Positions 20,485-29,740 of a DNA stretch of 64,000 bases are shown here, in pieces. Source of the DNA: Candidatus Poribacteria bacterium (GTDB lineage: Bacteria; Poribacteria; WGA-4E; WGA-3G). A program made the position numbers and the translations under genes. How positions within the stretch are numbered: position 1 is the stretch's first letter; the number at the start of each line of letters is the position of its first letter. The notes beneath the pieces were generated by a model, which had not been told where the DNA came from, searched no databases, and was given only the letters and a program-made list of their open reading frames with translations. The DNA lies in contig OZ242029.1 in NCBI GenBank assembly GCA_965205015.1, forward strand, positions 3,552,001-3,616,000, written 5' to 3'.

Positions 20485-22785
20485 TTAACTCGGACGATTG
20501 ACGAGATCAGCGAGATATTCAGCAATTTTGTCTGTAATCTGTTGCGCGTCTACATCCGCAAAGTTAAACAGTTCCTTAAGCATAGGGGAGATAGCACCTG
20601 TATCAAGCAAGGCATTTGCGAGCCTACCCATATTACTTCGGTTGAGGCCGCCTTGTCCATCATTGCTCCCCATATCGAGAATTTTGATGCTGTCGATTTT
20701 TTCAACAGGTTTCATGAGTTCTTCAACAATATCAGACGCCTCGTCAATGAGTTCCATAATTGCCTCTTGAACGAGGACGCGTTGTTCAGCGACATTTCGG
20801 GCTTCATATTCTGCCATCTCGCCTTGTGCTTTCGCACGCGCCTCGGCAAGTACAGCATCGGCAAGCCGTTCGATGGGTTGTGCCTGCGCTTCGGCACCAA
20901 TGATTGCCACCTCACGCTGCCATTCGGCTTCTTTCACCTGTTCTGTTGCCGTCACAGTCACTTCTGCACCCATACGTTCAGCTTCCGCGACTAACTGCTC
21001 TTTCTCTGCGAGTGCCGTTACCTGCTGTTTATTCGCAACCTCGATCTTCCGATCCTCGTCGGTTAAAGCGACCTGTAATTCCTGGTTAATGCGAGTCTGC
21101 TCTACTGTCAAGGTTTTCGCAATCTCGGCGAGTGAAACCTGTCGCATCTGATCGATTTGTGCGGTTTCTACAACGAGATTCTTCTCGATTTCCCGCTGTT
21201 GAACCTGTTGTTCCTGACTGAAGCGTGTCGTCTGGACGGTTAAGTCGCGCGTAATATCCCGCAAGGATACGCCCTCTTCTTGGGCAATGCGAGCTTTCTC
21301 GACCATAAGCTCCTTCTCAATATCGCGGGTTTCAACCTGTTGTTCCTGTGCGATGCGTGCTATTTCTACTGTCAAGGTCTTGGCAACTTCGGCGAGTTCG
21401 ACTTGACGCATCTGATCGATTTGTGCGGTTTCAACGACGAGGTTTTTCTCAATTTCCCGCTGTTGGACCTGCTGCTCTTGACTGAAACGTGCGGTTTGCA
21501 CTGCCAATTCACGCTGAATATCGCGTAGCATAACCCCTTCTTCTTGGGCAATACGGGCTTTCTCTACAGTCAATTCTTTCTCTATTTCACGAACGGCAAT
21601 CGTCTGTTCTTGCGCGATTCTCTGCATTTGAACGACGAGATGTTGCTCAATTTCGGCGAGTTGCACAACTTTGGATTGCTCAATTTGTTGTGTTTCGACG
21701 ATGAGGTTTTTCTCAATTTCACGTTCCGCGACGATCTGTTCCTGTTGGACGCGAGCGACTTCGATGTCGCGGTTCATCTCGATTTCACGTTCTTGGATGA
21801 CCTGTTCTTGTCTAATACGTGCGCGCTCAACCTCCTGCTTCATCTCGTATTCACGTTCTTGCACACCCTGTTCCATCTCAAATTGGAATTTGAGCGTCTC
21901 GGCTTCCCGTTCCGCGGCATAGATGGCAATATTTTTCTGCTGGTCGGATTCTGCCCATGCTTGTTGTTGTTCGGCTTCGAGTTTCTGTATGCGGGCATCG
22001 ACCTCGATCTGAACAATGGCGACCTCTTTTTCTTGTACAATCCGTTCTTTTTCTCGTTCCTGCTCGGCTGTGATTTCGGTGATTTCTCGGATACCGACGG
22101 CGTCAAATCGGTTTTCGGCATCAAGCGTTTCAACGGGGGTCTGATCTACCCGAATAATAGATACAGTTTCAAGCGTTAAACCGTTCTGGGTTTCCAGATC
22201 CTCACCACACGCCGATTGCACCTTGTCAGCAAACTCTTGGCGTTTCTGGAGGAGATCTTGAATATCACTTTCGGCTGCAACACTTCGCAATGCGCCCTCG
22301 AGTTTCGGTTCAATTAATTCGCGCACCGTCTCTGGCGTCATAGATTTATCGCCGAGCGCTTGTGCAGCGCGTAAAATATCGGTTTCTTCGGGTTCAACTT
22401 TAAGGTAGAAAACAACTTCGACATCACCGCGGTTAAAGTCGTAGGTAATCAAAGCCTCCGGACCTTCTCGTATCACTTCAATACGCATGGTATTCAGAGA
22501 GATCTCTTTGATTTCATGGATAATAGTATTAACCCAGAGACCCCCAGTGATACGAATTTTTTCTTTTGCACCACCCGTTCGCACAAGGGCGACATCGGCT
22601 TTGGGGATACGGTAGCGAATAACTGTCGCCGCAAAGGTCGCCAGACTCGCGAATAATACGAAGAGAATGACTGTCAACCACCGTATGACCTCGTTTTGTC
22701 CAAAGCGGTCGAGGTTTTGATATGCAAACCAGCCAACAGCGACTGCAACGGCTATTAAGAAAACGATAGCGGCAATGAAACGCAT
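20485..22785 (-). CDS. Flotillin/SPFH-family protein with a very long repeated coiled coil (766 aa)
   Basis: Two N-terminal TMs; SPFH motifs (ALVRTG, ISLNT, LEGALRSVAA, NGLTLETVSI, ENRFDAVG); flotillin C-terminus KPVEKIDSIKI. Confidence 0.92.
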   Translation of the reverse strand: MRFIAAIVFLIAVAVAVGWFAYQNLDRFGQNEVIRWLTVILFVLFASLATFAATVIRYRIPKADVALVRTGGAKEKIRITGGLWVNTIIHEIKEISLNTMRIEVIREGPEALITYDFNRGDVEVVFYLKVEPEETDILRAAQALGDKSMTPETVRELIEPKLEGALRSVAAESDIQDLLQKRQEFADKVQSACGEDLETQNGLTLETVSIIRVDQTPVETLDAENRFDAVGIREITEITAEQEREKERIVQEKEVAIVQIEVDARIQKLEAEQQQAWAESDQQKNIAIYAAEREAETLKFQFEMEQGVQEREYEMKQEVERARIRQEQVIQEREIEMNRDIEVARVQQEQIVAEREIEKNLIVETQQIEQSKVVQLAEIEQHLVVQMQRIAQEQTIAVREIEKELTVEKARIAQEEGVMLRDIQRELAVQTARFSQEQQVQQREIEKNLVVETAQIDQMRQVELAEVAKTLTVEIARIAQEQQVETRDIEKELMVEKARIAQEEGVSLRDITRDLTVQTTRFSQEQQVQQREIEKNLVVETAQIDQMRQVSLAEIAKTLTVEQTRINQELQVALTDEDRKIEVANKQQVTALAEKEQLVAEAERMGAEVTVTATEQVKEAEWQREVAIIGAEAQAQPIERLADAVLAEARAKAQGEMAEYEARNVAEQRVLVQEAIMELIDEASDIVEELMKPVEKIDSIKILDMGSNDGQGGLNRSNMGRLANALLDTGAISPMLKELFNFADVDAQQITDKIAEYLADLVNRPS

Positions 22786-22827
22786 TCAATTCTCCTATCT
22801 TTCACTTTCAAGATACGCCTAAAAATT

Positions 22828-24246
22828 TTACCGGAAAATGGTCTCGCTGCTGAGATGCGTCCGGTATCGTCCCTTGAGCGGTTGACGGGGGGAGGTCTGC
22901 CACGCAAGATTTGCTAAGTAACAGAGAGCATTCTCGATGAGAGGTTTCGCGAGAGTCGTCCGATATGTATCCCGGGTATCAGCTGCAAAAGCGACATAAT
23001 ACCCGTCTCCCCATTGTAATTGCACACTGATCGGATCCCCGTTATCCTCTCTGACAGCCAATTTTCGGTAACTTCCGTCGTTTGTCACCCAATGATCATC
23101 GGTTACGAGCGTATCTACATTCACCTTATGGGGCCAGGTAAACATCCCTGTTTTTTGCCCGTCATCGGTGATCCTGACGTTTCCGTCGTTGGAATTAATC
23201 ACACGAATTGGGTGGCGATTCACTGGCAGCCAGTCGCCACGCCATGTCGGTTCAGTGGTATGGACACCATCCGGGGGTGTAATATTGTTGTCCATTGCGG
23301 AAGCCCAAACAATCCCACCCTTCCGAACAAAATCCTGAATCGCTTGGTCGGCGTCTTCAACGAAATATTCGCCGTCATGCCCTGTCGCGAACCAAGTGAA
23401 CCAGATGATGTCATACTCCGAAAGCGTAATACTTGAGAGTTTGATGGCGTTGTTCGGATCCCCACGATTATCGGGATTGTCATTGATATGGACAGTCGTG
23501 AAGTGGAATTCTAATCCTTCAATAGTGGTGAGCGACTCCAAGACTGCCGGCTCACCCGTCGAATTATCACCAACAACAACCAGCACGCGGAATACGCCTA
23601 ACGGCACAATTTTTATCGAAGAAATAATATCTGAAAATGATTGCGAATGGGGCAAGGATCTGAGATTCCGAAGTGCCAATTGAAATTCTTGTGAACTTAA
23701 ATTGAGGTTCAATCGCCGACCTTCAAAGTTAACATGCTCGTAGAAAATAATATGACATCCGCTGAACGGAAAACTCGGACCGCGCTGGATTCGGATTGAC
23801 GAAACGGTATCGTTCATACCGATATCAAACATTGAACTGACATCGCGCATAATAACGCTCCGTTGCCCGTTATAATCTACGTCCTGAAACACTTCGATGA
23901 TGACAGGCACGGCGCCATACTCTGGTGGTGTTGGATGCGCCGATGGGCTGAAACTAATAGATGTAATCGCGTCTCCGAAGTTGTAAGGGATGTCATGAAT
24001 GTTTGGATAGAACCCTGGCGCCAGTACCAGCCGGCGTCCCTTATAGTTATCATGCTCATGAAAGATGGCTTTGTAGTTGGGGGACGCGTTGAATCCTGGT
24101 CCCTTGTAGATTTTGATCGAAGAGATAATATCTTGTGCACCAATCTCTCCAGTGTTCGGGACCGATTCAACAATCGTAACCTTACGTCCATGAAAATTCA
24201 CATGTTCAAAGACTTCAACGACGAGCCTCGGCATGTTGGTCATCAA
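22828..24246 (-). CDS. Betagamma-crystallin-domain protein with C-terminal alpha/beta (GATase-like) domain
   Basis: Four Greek-key motifs (FEHVNFHG, HEHDNYKG, FQDVDYNG, YEHVNFEG paired with DIISS/DAITS/NDTVSS/DIISS); LSEYDIIWF...IQDFVRKGG; no signal peptide. Confidence 0.82.
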   Translation of the reverse strand: MMTNMPRLVVEVFEHVNFHGRKVTIVESVPNTGEIGAQDIISSIKIYKGPGFNASPNYKAIFHEHDNYKGRRLVLAPGFYPNIHDIPYNFGDAITSISFSPSAHPTPPEYGAVPVIIEVFQDVDYNGQRSVIMRDVSSMFDIGMNDTVSSIRIQRGPSFPFSGCHIIFYEHVNFEGRRLNLNLSSQEFQLALRNLRSLPHSQSFSDIISSIKIVPLGVFRVLVVVGDNSTGEPAVLESLTTIEGLEFHFTTVHINDNPDNRGDPNNAIKLSSITLSEYDIIWFTWFATGHDGEYFVEDADQAIQDFVRKGGIVWASAMDNNITPPDGVHTTEPTWRGDWLPVNRHPIRVINSNDGNVRITDDGQKTGMFTWPHKVNVDTLVTDDHWVTNDGSYRKLAVREDNGDPISVQLQWGDGYYVAFAADTRDTYRTTLAKPLIENALCYLANLAWQTSPRQPLKGRYRTHLSSETIFR

Positions 24247-24252
24247 GTTCTT

Positions 24253-24300
24253 CGGGTTGGAAACCCCCGCATTGATGCCAGGGTTTCCAACCCGCTCCTT
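24253..24300 (-). promoter_or_regulatory. SD (AAGGAG) followed by a 14-bp perfect hairpin before the crystallin start
   Basis: Minus strand: AAGGAG CGGGTTGGAAACCC TGGCATCAATGCGG GGGTTTCCAACCCG AAGAAC TTG ATG. Confidence 0.6.
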
Positions 24301-24471
24301 AGTCTTTAGGCGTAACTTGAAAATGAAATTGCAGGTAAAATTAAAATACCATTAGCAAAAGCAGTTTGTCAAGGGAAACTTTTCTTTTTTCTTGAATCTC
24401 TGAGAAAAATATGATAAAGTATAGGCAAGAGTCTTGGAAAGAACTCTTTAGGGATGTAAGATGGAGGAAAT

Positions 24472-25347
24472 ATGATGTCTTACAAAAGAGTGCTTCTGAT
24501 TTTTTCGATCACAATTATAAGTATTGCGTTAGTATATTTTTTGGTCCGGATGGAGCAATCGGTGAAAAAAGAAACGGTAACCTCACGTCCAGTCGCACTG
24601 CCGTATAATTGGATCGGGAATATAACGCAATCGCAAATAGCGGAACCCTCTGGTATTACCTACCACCCGACCCGACGGAGTCTATTTATTGCTGATGATT
24701 CAGGGAGTGTCCATGAGGTAAGCATAGAAGGTAGGCTTCTTCAGTCAAAAGGATTAAACGAGCGGGATATTGAAGGAATTACCGTGAACCCGAGTACGGG
24801 TTTACTTTACGCGGCTGTGGAAGATGACGAAGCGATCCTCGAGCTTGACCCAGAAAATCTCACCATTCACAGGGAATTTAGAATCGGCAGAAACTTTAAA
24901 GGTGAACAACTCCTAAGAAAAGGGGGCATGGGTATTGAAGCGATCGCTTTCGTTCCAGATGCCTCACATCCGGAAGGGGGTACTTTTTGGGTCGGTAATC
25001 AATCCTTCAGTCTTAAAGCGAAAGATGAACCCTCAGTCGTCTGCGAAGTCGTTGTGCCTCTGCGTTCCGCGACAGAAAAACAGTCAGAAGGGGCGATCAT
25101 CCACGCTTATAAAATGAACTTCATTGACATTTCCGGCTTGGCTTACGATGCTCAAGGCGATTTTCTGGTCTTAATCAGCGATACAACAAACCTCTTAGTG
25201 GAACTCAAACGGGAAGGCACTATTCTAAGGCAATACCTTTTACCCGGGGATGAACAGGAAGGGATTGTGTTAGACGGACACGGTTATATGTACCTCGCAC
25301 AGGAGAACGGAAAAATTATCAAATTGGCAGATCGGCGACTGCGTTGA
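24472..25347 (+). CDS. SdiA-regulated (YjiK-like) beta-propeller protein, membrane anchored
   Basis: N-terminal TM; EPSGITY, DIEGIT, GIEAIAF, DISGLAY, EQEGIV blade motifs. Confidence 0.8.
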   Translation: MMSYKRVLLIFSITIISIALVYFLVRMEQSVKKETVTSRPVALPYNWIGNITQSQIAEPSGITYHPTRRSLFIADDSGSVHEVSIEGRLLQSKGLNERDIEGITVNPSTGLLYAAVEDDEAILELDPENLTIHREFRIGRNFKGEQLLRKGGMGIEAIAFVPDASHPEGGTFWVGNQSFSLKAKDEPSVVCEVVVPLRSATEKQSEGAIIHAYKMNFIDISGLAYDAQGDFLVLISDTTNLLVELKREGTILRQYLLPGDEQEGIVLDGHGYMYLAQENGKIIKLADRRLR

Positions 25348-25358
25348 ATGAAGATACC

Positions 25359-25607
25359 TCAGTTTCTCGATGTTTTTTCGCTTTTCGAATCTTTGTTGGT
25401 TTCTTCGCCATCCCCTTCAAGGCGCAACACAGCGATTCCTGGAACCAAATCTAATACCAGATTGATGGATGCGTACTGTTCTGCTGTATGACCACAATCG
25501 TGACGCCACAGGATCTGCACATTGCCTTCATCGTAGAGGATTCCGTGCGCGAGGTTCTTACCATCAACATTTTCTAAGTGGAAATACCTGCGGCGTTTTG
25601 CATCCAT
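25359..25607 (-). CDS. Small hypothetical protein (82 aa)
   Basis: Fills the gap between genes with plausible composition (AHGILYDEGNVQILW). Confidence 0.55.
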   Translation of the reverse strand: MDAKRRRYFHLENVDGKNLAHGILYDEGNVQILWRHDCGHTAEQYASINLVLDLVPGIAVLRLEGDGEETNKDSKSEKTSRN

Positions 25608-25673
25608 GATGTTGCTCGGTGTACCAAAGGGATGAGGGGTCGGACCCCCCTTGAGAAAAATAGATCGAAAAGG

Positions 25674-26513
25674 CTATTCAAGCGAGACAAAATCAGCATC
25701 TACACGGTGCGGAATAATCCCAGCAGCACTACCACGGTGAAGCAATTCCCGCACGCCTGCTCTACCTTTTTCCCCGTAATCAAGCGTGTAGTCATTGACG
25801 TACATTCCGACAAACTTATCGGCGAGCGAGGTTTCCATGTCGCGTGCGTAAGTCATTGCATATTCTAACCCGCTTTCTCGATGTTCGAGTGAGTACTGGA
25901 TGCTCTGTTTGAGTAATGCTGTTATCTGACGAATTTTTTCGGGACCGAGGTTACGACGAATGACATTCGCACCGAGAGGCAGCGGCAATCCTGTTTCCTC
26001 ATACCACCACTCACCCAAATCAATGACCTTGTGAAACCCTTCACGGGCGTAGGTTAATTGTCCTTCATGGATGATGAGTCCCGCATCGACTTCATCCTGT
26101 TGGACGGCATCCAATATTTTATCAAAGGGACGCGGTTCTGCCTCAAAATCTGATTGGAAGAGACGAAGCGTGAGATAGGCGGTCGTCATTTTACCGGGGA
26201 TAGCGATGCGTTTCCCGGCGAGTGTGTCCAGGGGTTCCTTGGAAACGACAAGCGGACCGTACTGATCGCCGATACTCGCGCCGCAAGGCATGAATACATA
26301 ATCCTTCGCGACGTAAGCGTAGGCGTGAACCGAGATGGCTGTAACCTCAAGTTCGGCGGCAAGTGCGCGTTGATTGAGGGTTTCAATGTCTTCAATGACA
26401 TGAACAATTTCATAAGGATCCGTCGGGATTAACCCTTTGGCGAGCGCGTAGAACATGAAAGCATCGTCGGAATCTGGGCTATGCCCAATCCGAATTTTTT
26501 CTGTCTGTGACAT
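25674..26513 (-). CDS. mqnD: 1,4-dihydroxy-6-naphthoate synthase (futalosine menaquinone pathway)
   Basis: GHSPDSDDAFMFYAL, DIETLN, IIHEGQLTY, DLGEWW...LPLPLG, MYVN. Confidence 0.92.
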   Translation of the reverse strand: MSQTEKIRIGHSPDSDDAFMFYALAKGLIPTDPYEIVHVIEDIETLNQRALAAELEVTAISVHAYAYVAKDYVFMPCGASIGDQYGPLVVSKEPLDTLAGKRIAIPGKMTTAYLTLRLFQSDFEAEPRPFDKILDAVQQDEVDAGLIIHEGQLTYAREGFHKVIDLGEWWYEETGLPLPLGANVIRRNLGPEKIRQITALLKQSIQYSLEHRESGLEYAMTYARDMETSLADKFVGMYVNDYTLDYGEKGRAGVRELLHRGSAAGIIPHRVDADFVSLE

Positions 26514-26600
26514 GGTATTCCTTTTTGGTATCAGAGTGTCGTTTTTCTTTAGATAGTGATATAATCAAATTGCGAGGACGCGAAATTCTCTTAAAAATAA

Positions 26601-27542
26601 ATGCGTTTCAAAGTAATGCCTAAATATCTTTATCTCACAGCAACCCCAGATGGACTTACAGAGTTAGTGCGTGCGGAGTGCGTTGCGCTGACAGGAGCTG
26701 CGCCAAATACAGAGGGCATCGCGATTTCAGACAAGTGCGTTGATGTCCGTCGAGGGGCGTATCTGAAAAGTTGCAGCGAAATCCTTTTTGAAACAACCAG
26801 CCTCACTGAACTTTGCGCGAACATCAGCTCGATCGGTTTACATGCGGACGAATTTCGAGTTTCTGTCGTAAAAAAGCCCCGCAACCTAAAAATAAACTCT
26901 ATGACACTCGCGCGGGACATCGGTACTGCTATCAGCGGTCGTGCGAATTTATGCCAGCCACGGACGACCTTCCTAACGGTTGTGGCGGCTGATAAAATGT
27001 GGTTCGGACAGCTCCTTTCGGAGTCCGATGGTGTTTGGCTTGCGCATAATCAACGCCCTTATGTGACATCCAGCTCGCTACCGGCTCGGCTTGCGCGTGT
27101 ACTCGTCAATTTAGTGGCATGCCCAGGAGATCGTCTACTTGACCCGTGTTGTGGAACCGGCACTATTGTCATGGCTGCCGCACATAGCGATATCCACGCA
27201 ACGGGTTACGATATTAACCCTCGAATGATAGGGGCAACGACGAAAAATCTGCAGCATTTCGGACTCTCAGCGGACGTAGGACTCGGTGATGCAAGACACA
27301 TTGATGGGCAGTATGACGCGATTGCAACAGATCTACCCTACGGCATTAATCTCGTCAGAAATAACACTCAAGAGATAGAGGTTTTGTCCAATTTACGGAC
27401 ACGTGCGTCGAGAGCAGCGTTCATCGATCTTCGGGATATCAGCAAAACGCTAATCGACCTTGGTTACCAGATTGAGGTGGTTCTACCAGTGCCAAAGTTG
27501 AGCATGGTGCGGCGTATTTTTATTACCTCTATAGTAGCCTAA
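26601..27542 (+). CDS. THUMP-like + SAM-dependent RNA methyltransferase (Trm11/UPF0020-like)
   Basis: SSLPARLARVLVNL, LLDPCCGTGT, GYDIN, ATDLPYG. Confidence 0.8.
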   Translation: MRFKVMPKYLYLTATPDGLTELVRAECVALTGAAPNTEGIAISDKCVDVRRGAYLKSCSEILFETTSLTELCANISSIGLHADEFRVSVVKKPRNLKINSMTLARDIGTAISGRANLCQPRTTFLTVVAADKMWFGQLLSESDGVWLAHNQRPYVTSSSLPARLARVLVNLVACPGDRLLDPCCGTGTIVMAAAHSDIHATGYDINPRMIGATTKNLQHFGLSADVGLGDARHIDGQYDAIATDLPYGINLVRNNTQEIEVLSNLRTRASRAAFIDLRDISKTLIDLGYQIEVVLPVPKLSMVRRIFITSIVA

Positions 27543-27587
27543 GTTGCCACTTTGTAGCATAATCTGTCAGCGGGTGCCGCTTTGGAC

Positions 27588-28028
27588 TCAATAGTCCTCA
27601 ATGTTATCGTAAAAATTCGTTTCTGGTAAGTACTCATCTTCGTTGAGTTCTTCCTCTTCATGGGATTCGTATTCTTTCCGGTCGAGGAGCGTGTCTATTT
27701 CATTTGGGTTCTCAAGCCGAAATTTACAAATCCATCCATCTCCTTCTGGAAAGCGATTGAGAAGTTCAATGTCATCGTCGAGAGCGGCGTTGATTTCGTA
27801 AACTTCACCTGTCACAGGAGCATAGATATAGAAGTTCCTTCCATCTGATGTTTCAACGCGTCCGATAATTTCTCCCTGTTCGTATTCGCCGAGAATTGGT
27901 AACTCTATGAAAACAATGCTGCTGTAGACTTCTTGAATCCGCTCTGTGATTCCAACATTGCACTCCTTTGAAGTGAGAAATTCAATCCATTCGTGTGTAG
28001 TTGTATACTTTATCTCAATGTTTTCCAT
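27588..28028 (-). CDS. Glycine-cleavage H-protein-like protein lacking the lipoyl-lysine
   Basis: KYTTTHEWI, VGIT, IVFIELP, VETSDG (no K), IYAPVTGEV, N..PEGDGWI; acidic tail; SD AGGAGG before ATG 28028. Confidence 0.85.
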   Translation of the reverse strand: MENIEIKYTTTHEWIEFLTSKECNVGITERIQEVYSSIVFIELPILGEYEQGEIIGRVETSDGRNFYIYAPVTGEVYEINAALDDDIELLNRFPEGDGWICKFRLENPNEIDTLLDRKEYESHEEEELNEDEYLPETNFYDNIEDY

Positions 28029-28127
28029 CCTGAACCTCCTCTCATGAAATATGATAGATTCTATCACTTGACGATTCCAAGGCCTTGGCGTGTCGCTTGG
28101 AAGGGGTCGACGGCGTTTTGCTAATTG

Positions 28128-29240
28128 CTAAAAGGCTTGCCCGATTGAAAAGGCATACACGGCTTTCCCTTGCACGATGTGGATACGTTCTTCATCTACC
28201 ACAACGGGTGTAAATTGCGGTGTATATGCTACGTTGAGGATGATGTTTCCGAATCTGAAACCGATCCCGAAGCAGAGACCTTCTGCTTTCCAGCGCCGTT
28301 CTTCTGTTTCAAATGAGGTGTCTCGCAAAAGAAACACCGATGTGGAACGGTTTTGTGTATCTCTGAGATACCCAATTCTAATCCCAATTCGGTAGCGATA
28401 CCAGGCTTCAGCCCCTATATTTACTCGAATGCCATCGTGGAAAGGCGGATGTGCATCGAAACCGAATCTCAAAGCCACGTCCGATATTTCGCGCTGATAT
28501 GCGATACCGGTGACAATTGTTCGCTCCATTGTATCTGGAATGGAGGGGGCAGAGAAGGAGAGTCCATTGCTCAAATTTTGGACGACTACGCCAATCTGAA
28601 TTGCCTCTCCAATCTGTTGGATAAGCCCGACATTATAAGCGTATCCGTGCCCAAGGTCTTCGTTGCCCTCAGTGTCAATTGCCTTGGACCGAAGCCATTT
28701 CGTGTCAACCCCTACAACTGTGCCCCCGAACAGATGTACGCCGTAACTGAGACCGAGTGCGAGGTTATTTTTCGGAAAATTGTTCAGCGCCTTTCCGAGA
28801 TAGTCCACTCGACGAAACGCCCCGGCTTGTTCAAAAGCGAGTGCCAATCCGAGTGTGCCAAGTTTTCCTACTGGGAATGCCCAATTTAAAGTTTCGACAC
28901 CATAGGCGTGCTGCTCGTACCGACTATAATCCTCATAATTGGCATTTAGGTTCGGTTTGGAAAGCAGGGCGATCGTGCGTGGAAAACGGGTGGCGTGAAT
29001 AACGAATCGGTTTCCCTCTATTCTACTCATGCCGGCCGGATTACTACCTAACGCATTCGCACCGCGGGTTGCGCCGACAAAACTGCCTCCCATCCCATAA
29101 TGTTCGGCTCCAAGCAGCTGTTTGAGGAATCCATCTGCAGACGCTCTTGTGTTTGCCATTGCGGTAGTACTGCTCAAAGCAAAAAAGAGGCTTACCATGC
29201 AGGGTAGGACAGTCGCGACACAATTTTGGACGTATTTCAC
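28128..29240 (-). CDS. PorV/PorQ (UPF0164)-like outer-membrane beta-barrel protein
   Basis: Signal peptide; GAEHYGMGGSFVG...ALGSNPAG; alternating strands; C-terminal Phe. Confidence 0.75.
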   Translation of the reverse strand: MKYVQNCVATVLPCMVSLFFALSSTTAMANTRASADGFLKQLLGAEHYGMGGSFVGATRGANALGSNPAGMSRIEGNRFVIHATRFPRTIALLSKPNLNANYEDYSRYEQHAYGVETLNWAFPVGKLGTLGLALAFEQAGAFRRVDYLGKALNNFPKNNLALGLSYGVHLFGGTVVGVDTKWLRSKAIDTEGNEDLGHGYAYNVGLIQQIGEAIQIGVVVQNLSNGLSFSAPSIPDTMERTIVTGIAYQREISDVALRFGFDAHPPFHDGIRVNIGAEAWYRYRIGIRIGYLRDTQNRSTSVFLLRDTSFETEERRWKAEGLCFGIGFRFGNIILNVAYTPQFTPVVVDEERIHIVQGKAVYAFSIGQAF

Positions 29241-29253
29241 TTCTCACCTCTTC

Positions 29254-29329
29254 GTAGTTATCAGTTGTCGGTAACATTCCATGAGAGGTTACTGACAACG
29301 GATAACTGTTAGCTGATAACTGAAAACTA
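29254..29329. repeat. Inverted heptamer-array element (GTTATCA-like arms)
   Basis: gtagttatcagttgtcggtaac ... gttactgacaacggataactgttagctgataactgaaaacta. Confidence 0.7.
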
Positions 29330-29740
29330 TACGGAACAGAGTGTAACGTGTGCTACGGCATAGTCATTTGTATGGGACATAGAGACGAACAATGTGCTGA
29401 TATTGCGTTCTTGTGCGTAGCGTTGGACTTCGCCGTGTAGAATGATTTCCGGTTTTCCGATCGTATTCGCCCGAATTTCGACATCTTGCCAGCGCATTCC
29501 TGTCGTCAAGCCTGTACCGAGCGCCTTGAGCGTTGCCTCTTTTGCAGCAAAACGTGCAGCAAGCCGCCAATACCGAGACGGGGCATCTCCACAATAAGCA
29601 AGTTCTTGCTGTGTGTAAACCCGTTGTTCAAACCGTGCGCCCCATCGACGTGATGCGTCTCGGATCCGTTCAACTTCAACAATATCAATGCCGATTCCCT
29701 GAATTTTTTGCTGGTGCATCAGATTATCTATAGAGTGCAT
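29327..29740 (-). CDS. acpS: Holo-[acyl-carrier-protein] synthase
   Basis: GIGIDIVE, AARFAAKEATLKALGTG, GKP, VSMSH. Confidence 0.95.
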   Translation of the reverse strand: MHSIDNLMHQQKIQGIGIDIVEVERIRDASRRWGARFEQRVYTQQELAYCGDAPSRYWRLAARFAAKEATLKALGTGLTTGMRWQDVEIRANTIGKPEIILHGEVQRYAQERNISTLFVSMSHTNDYAVAHVTLCSV

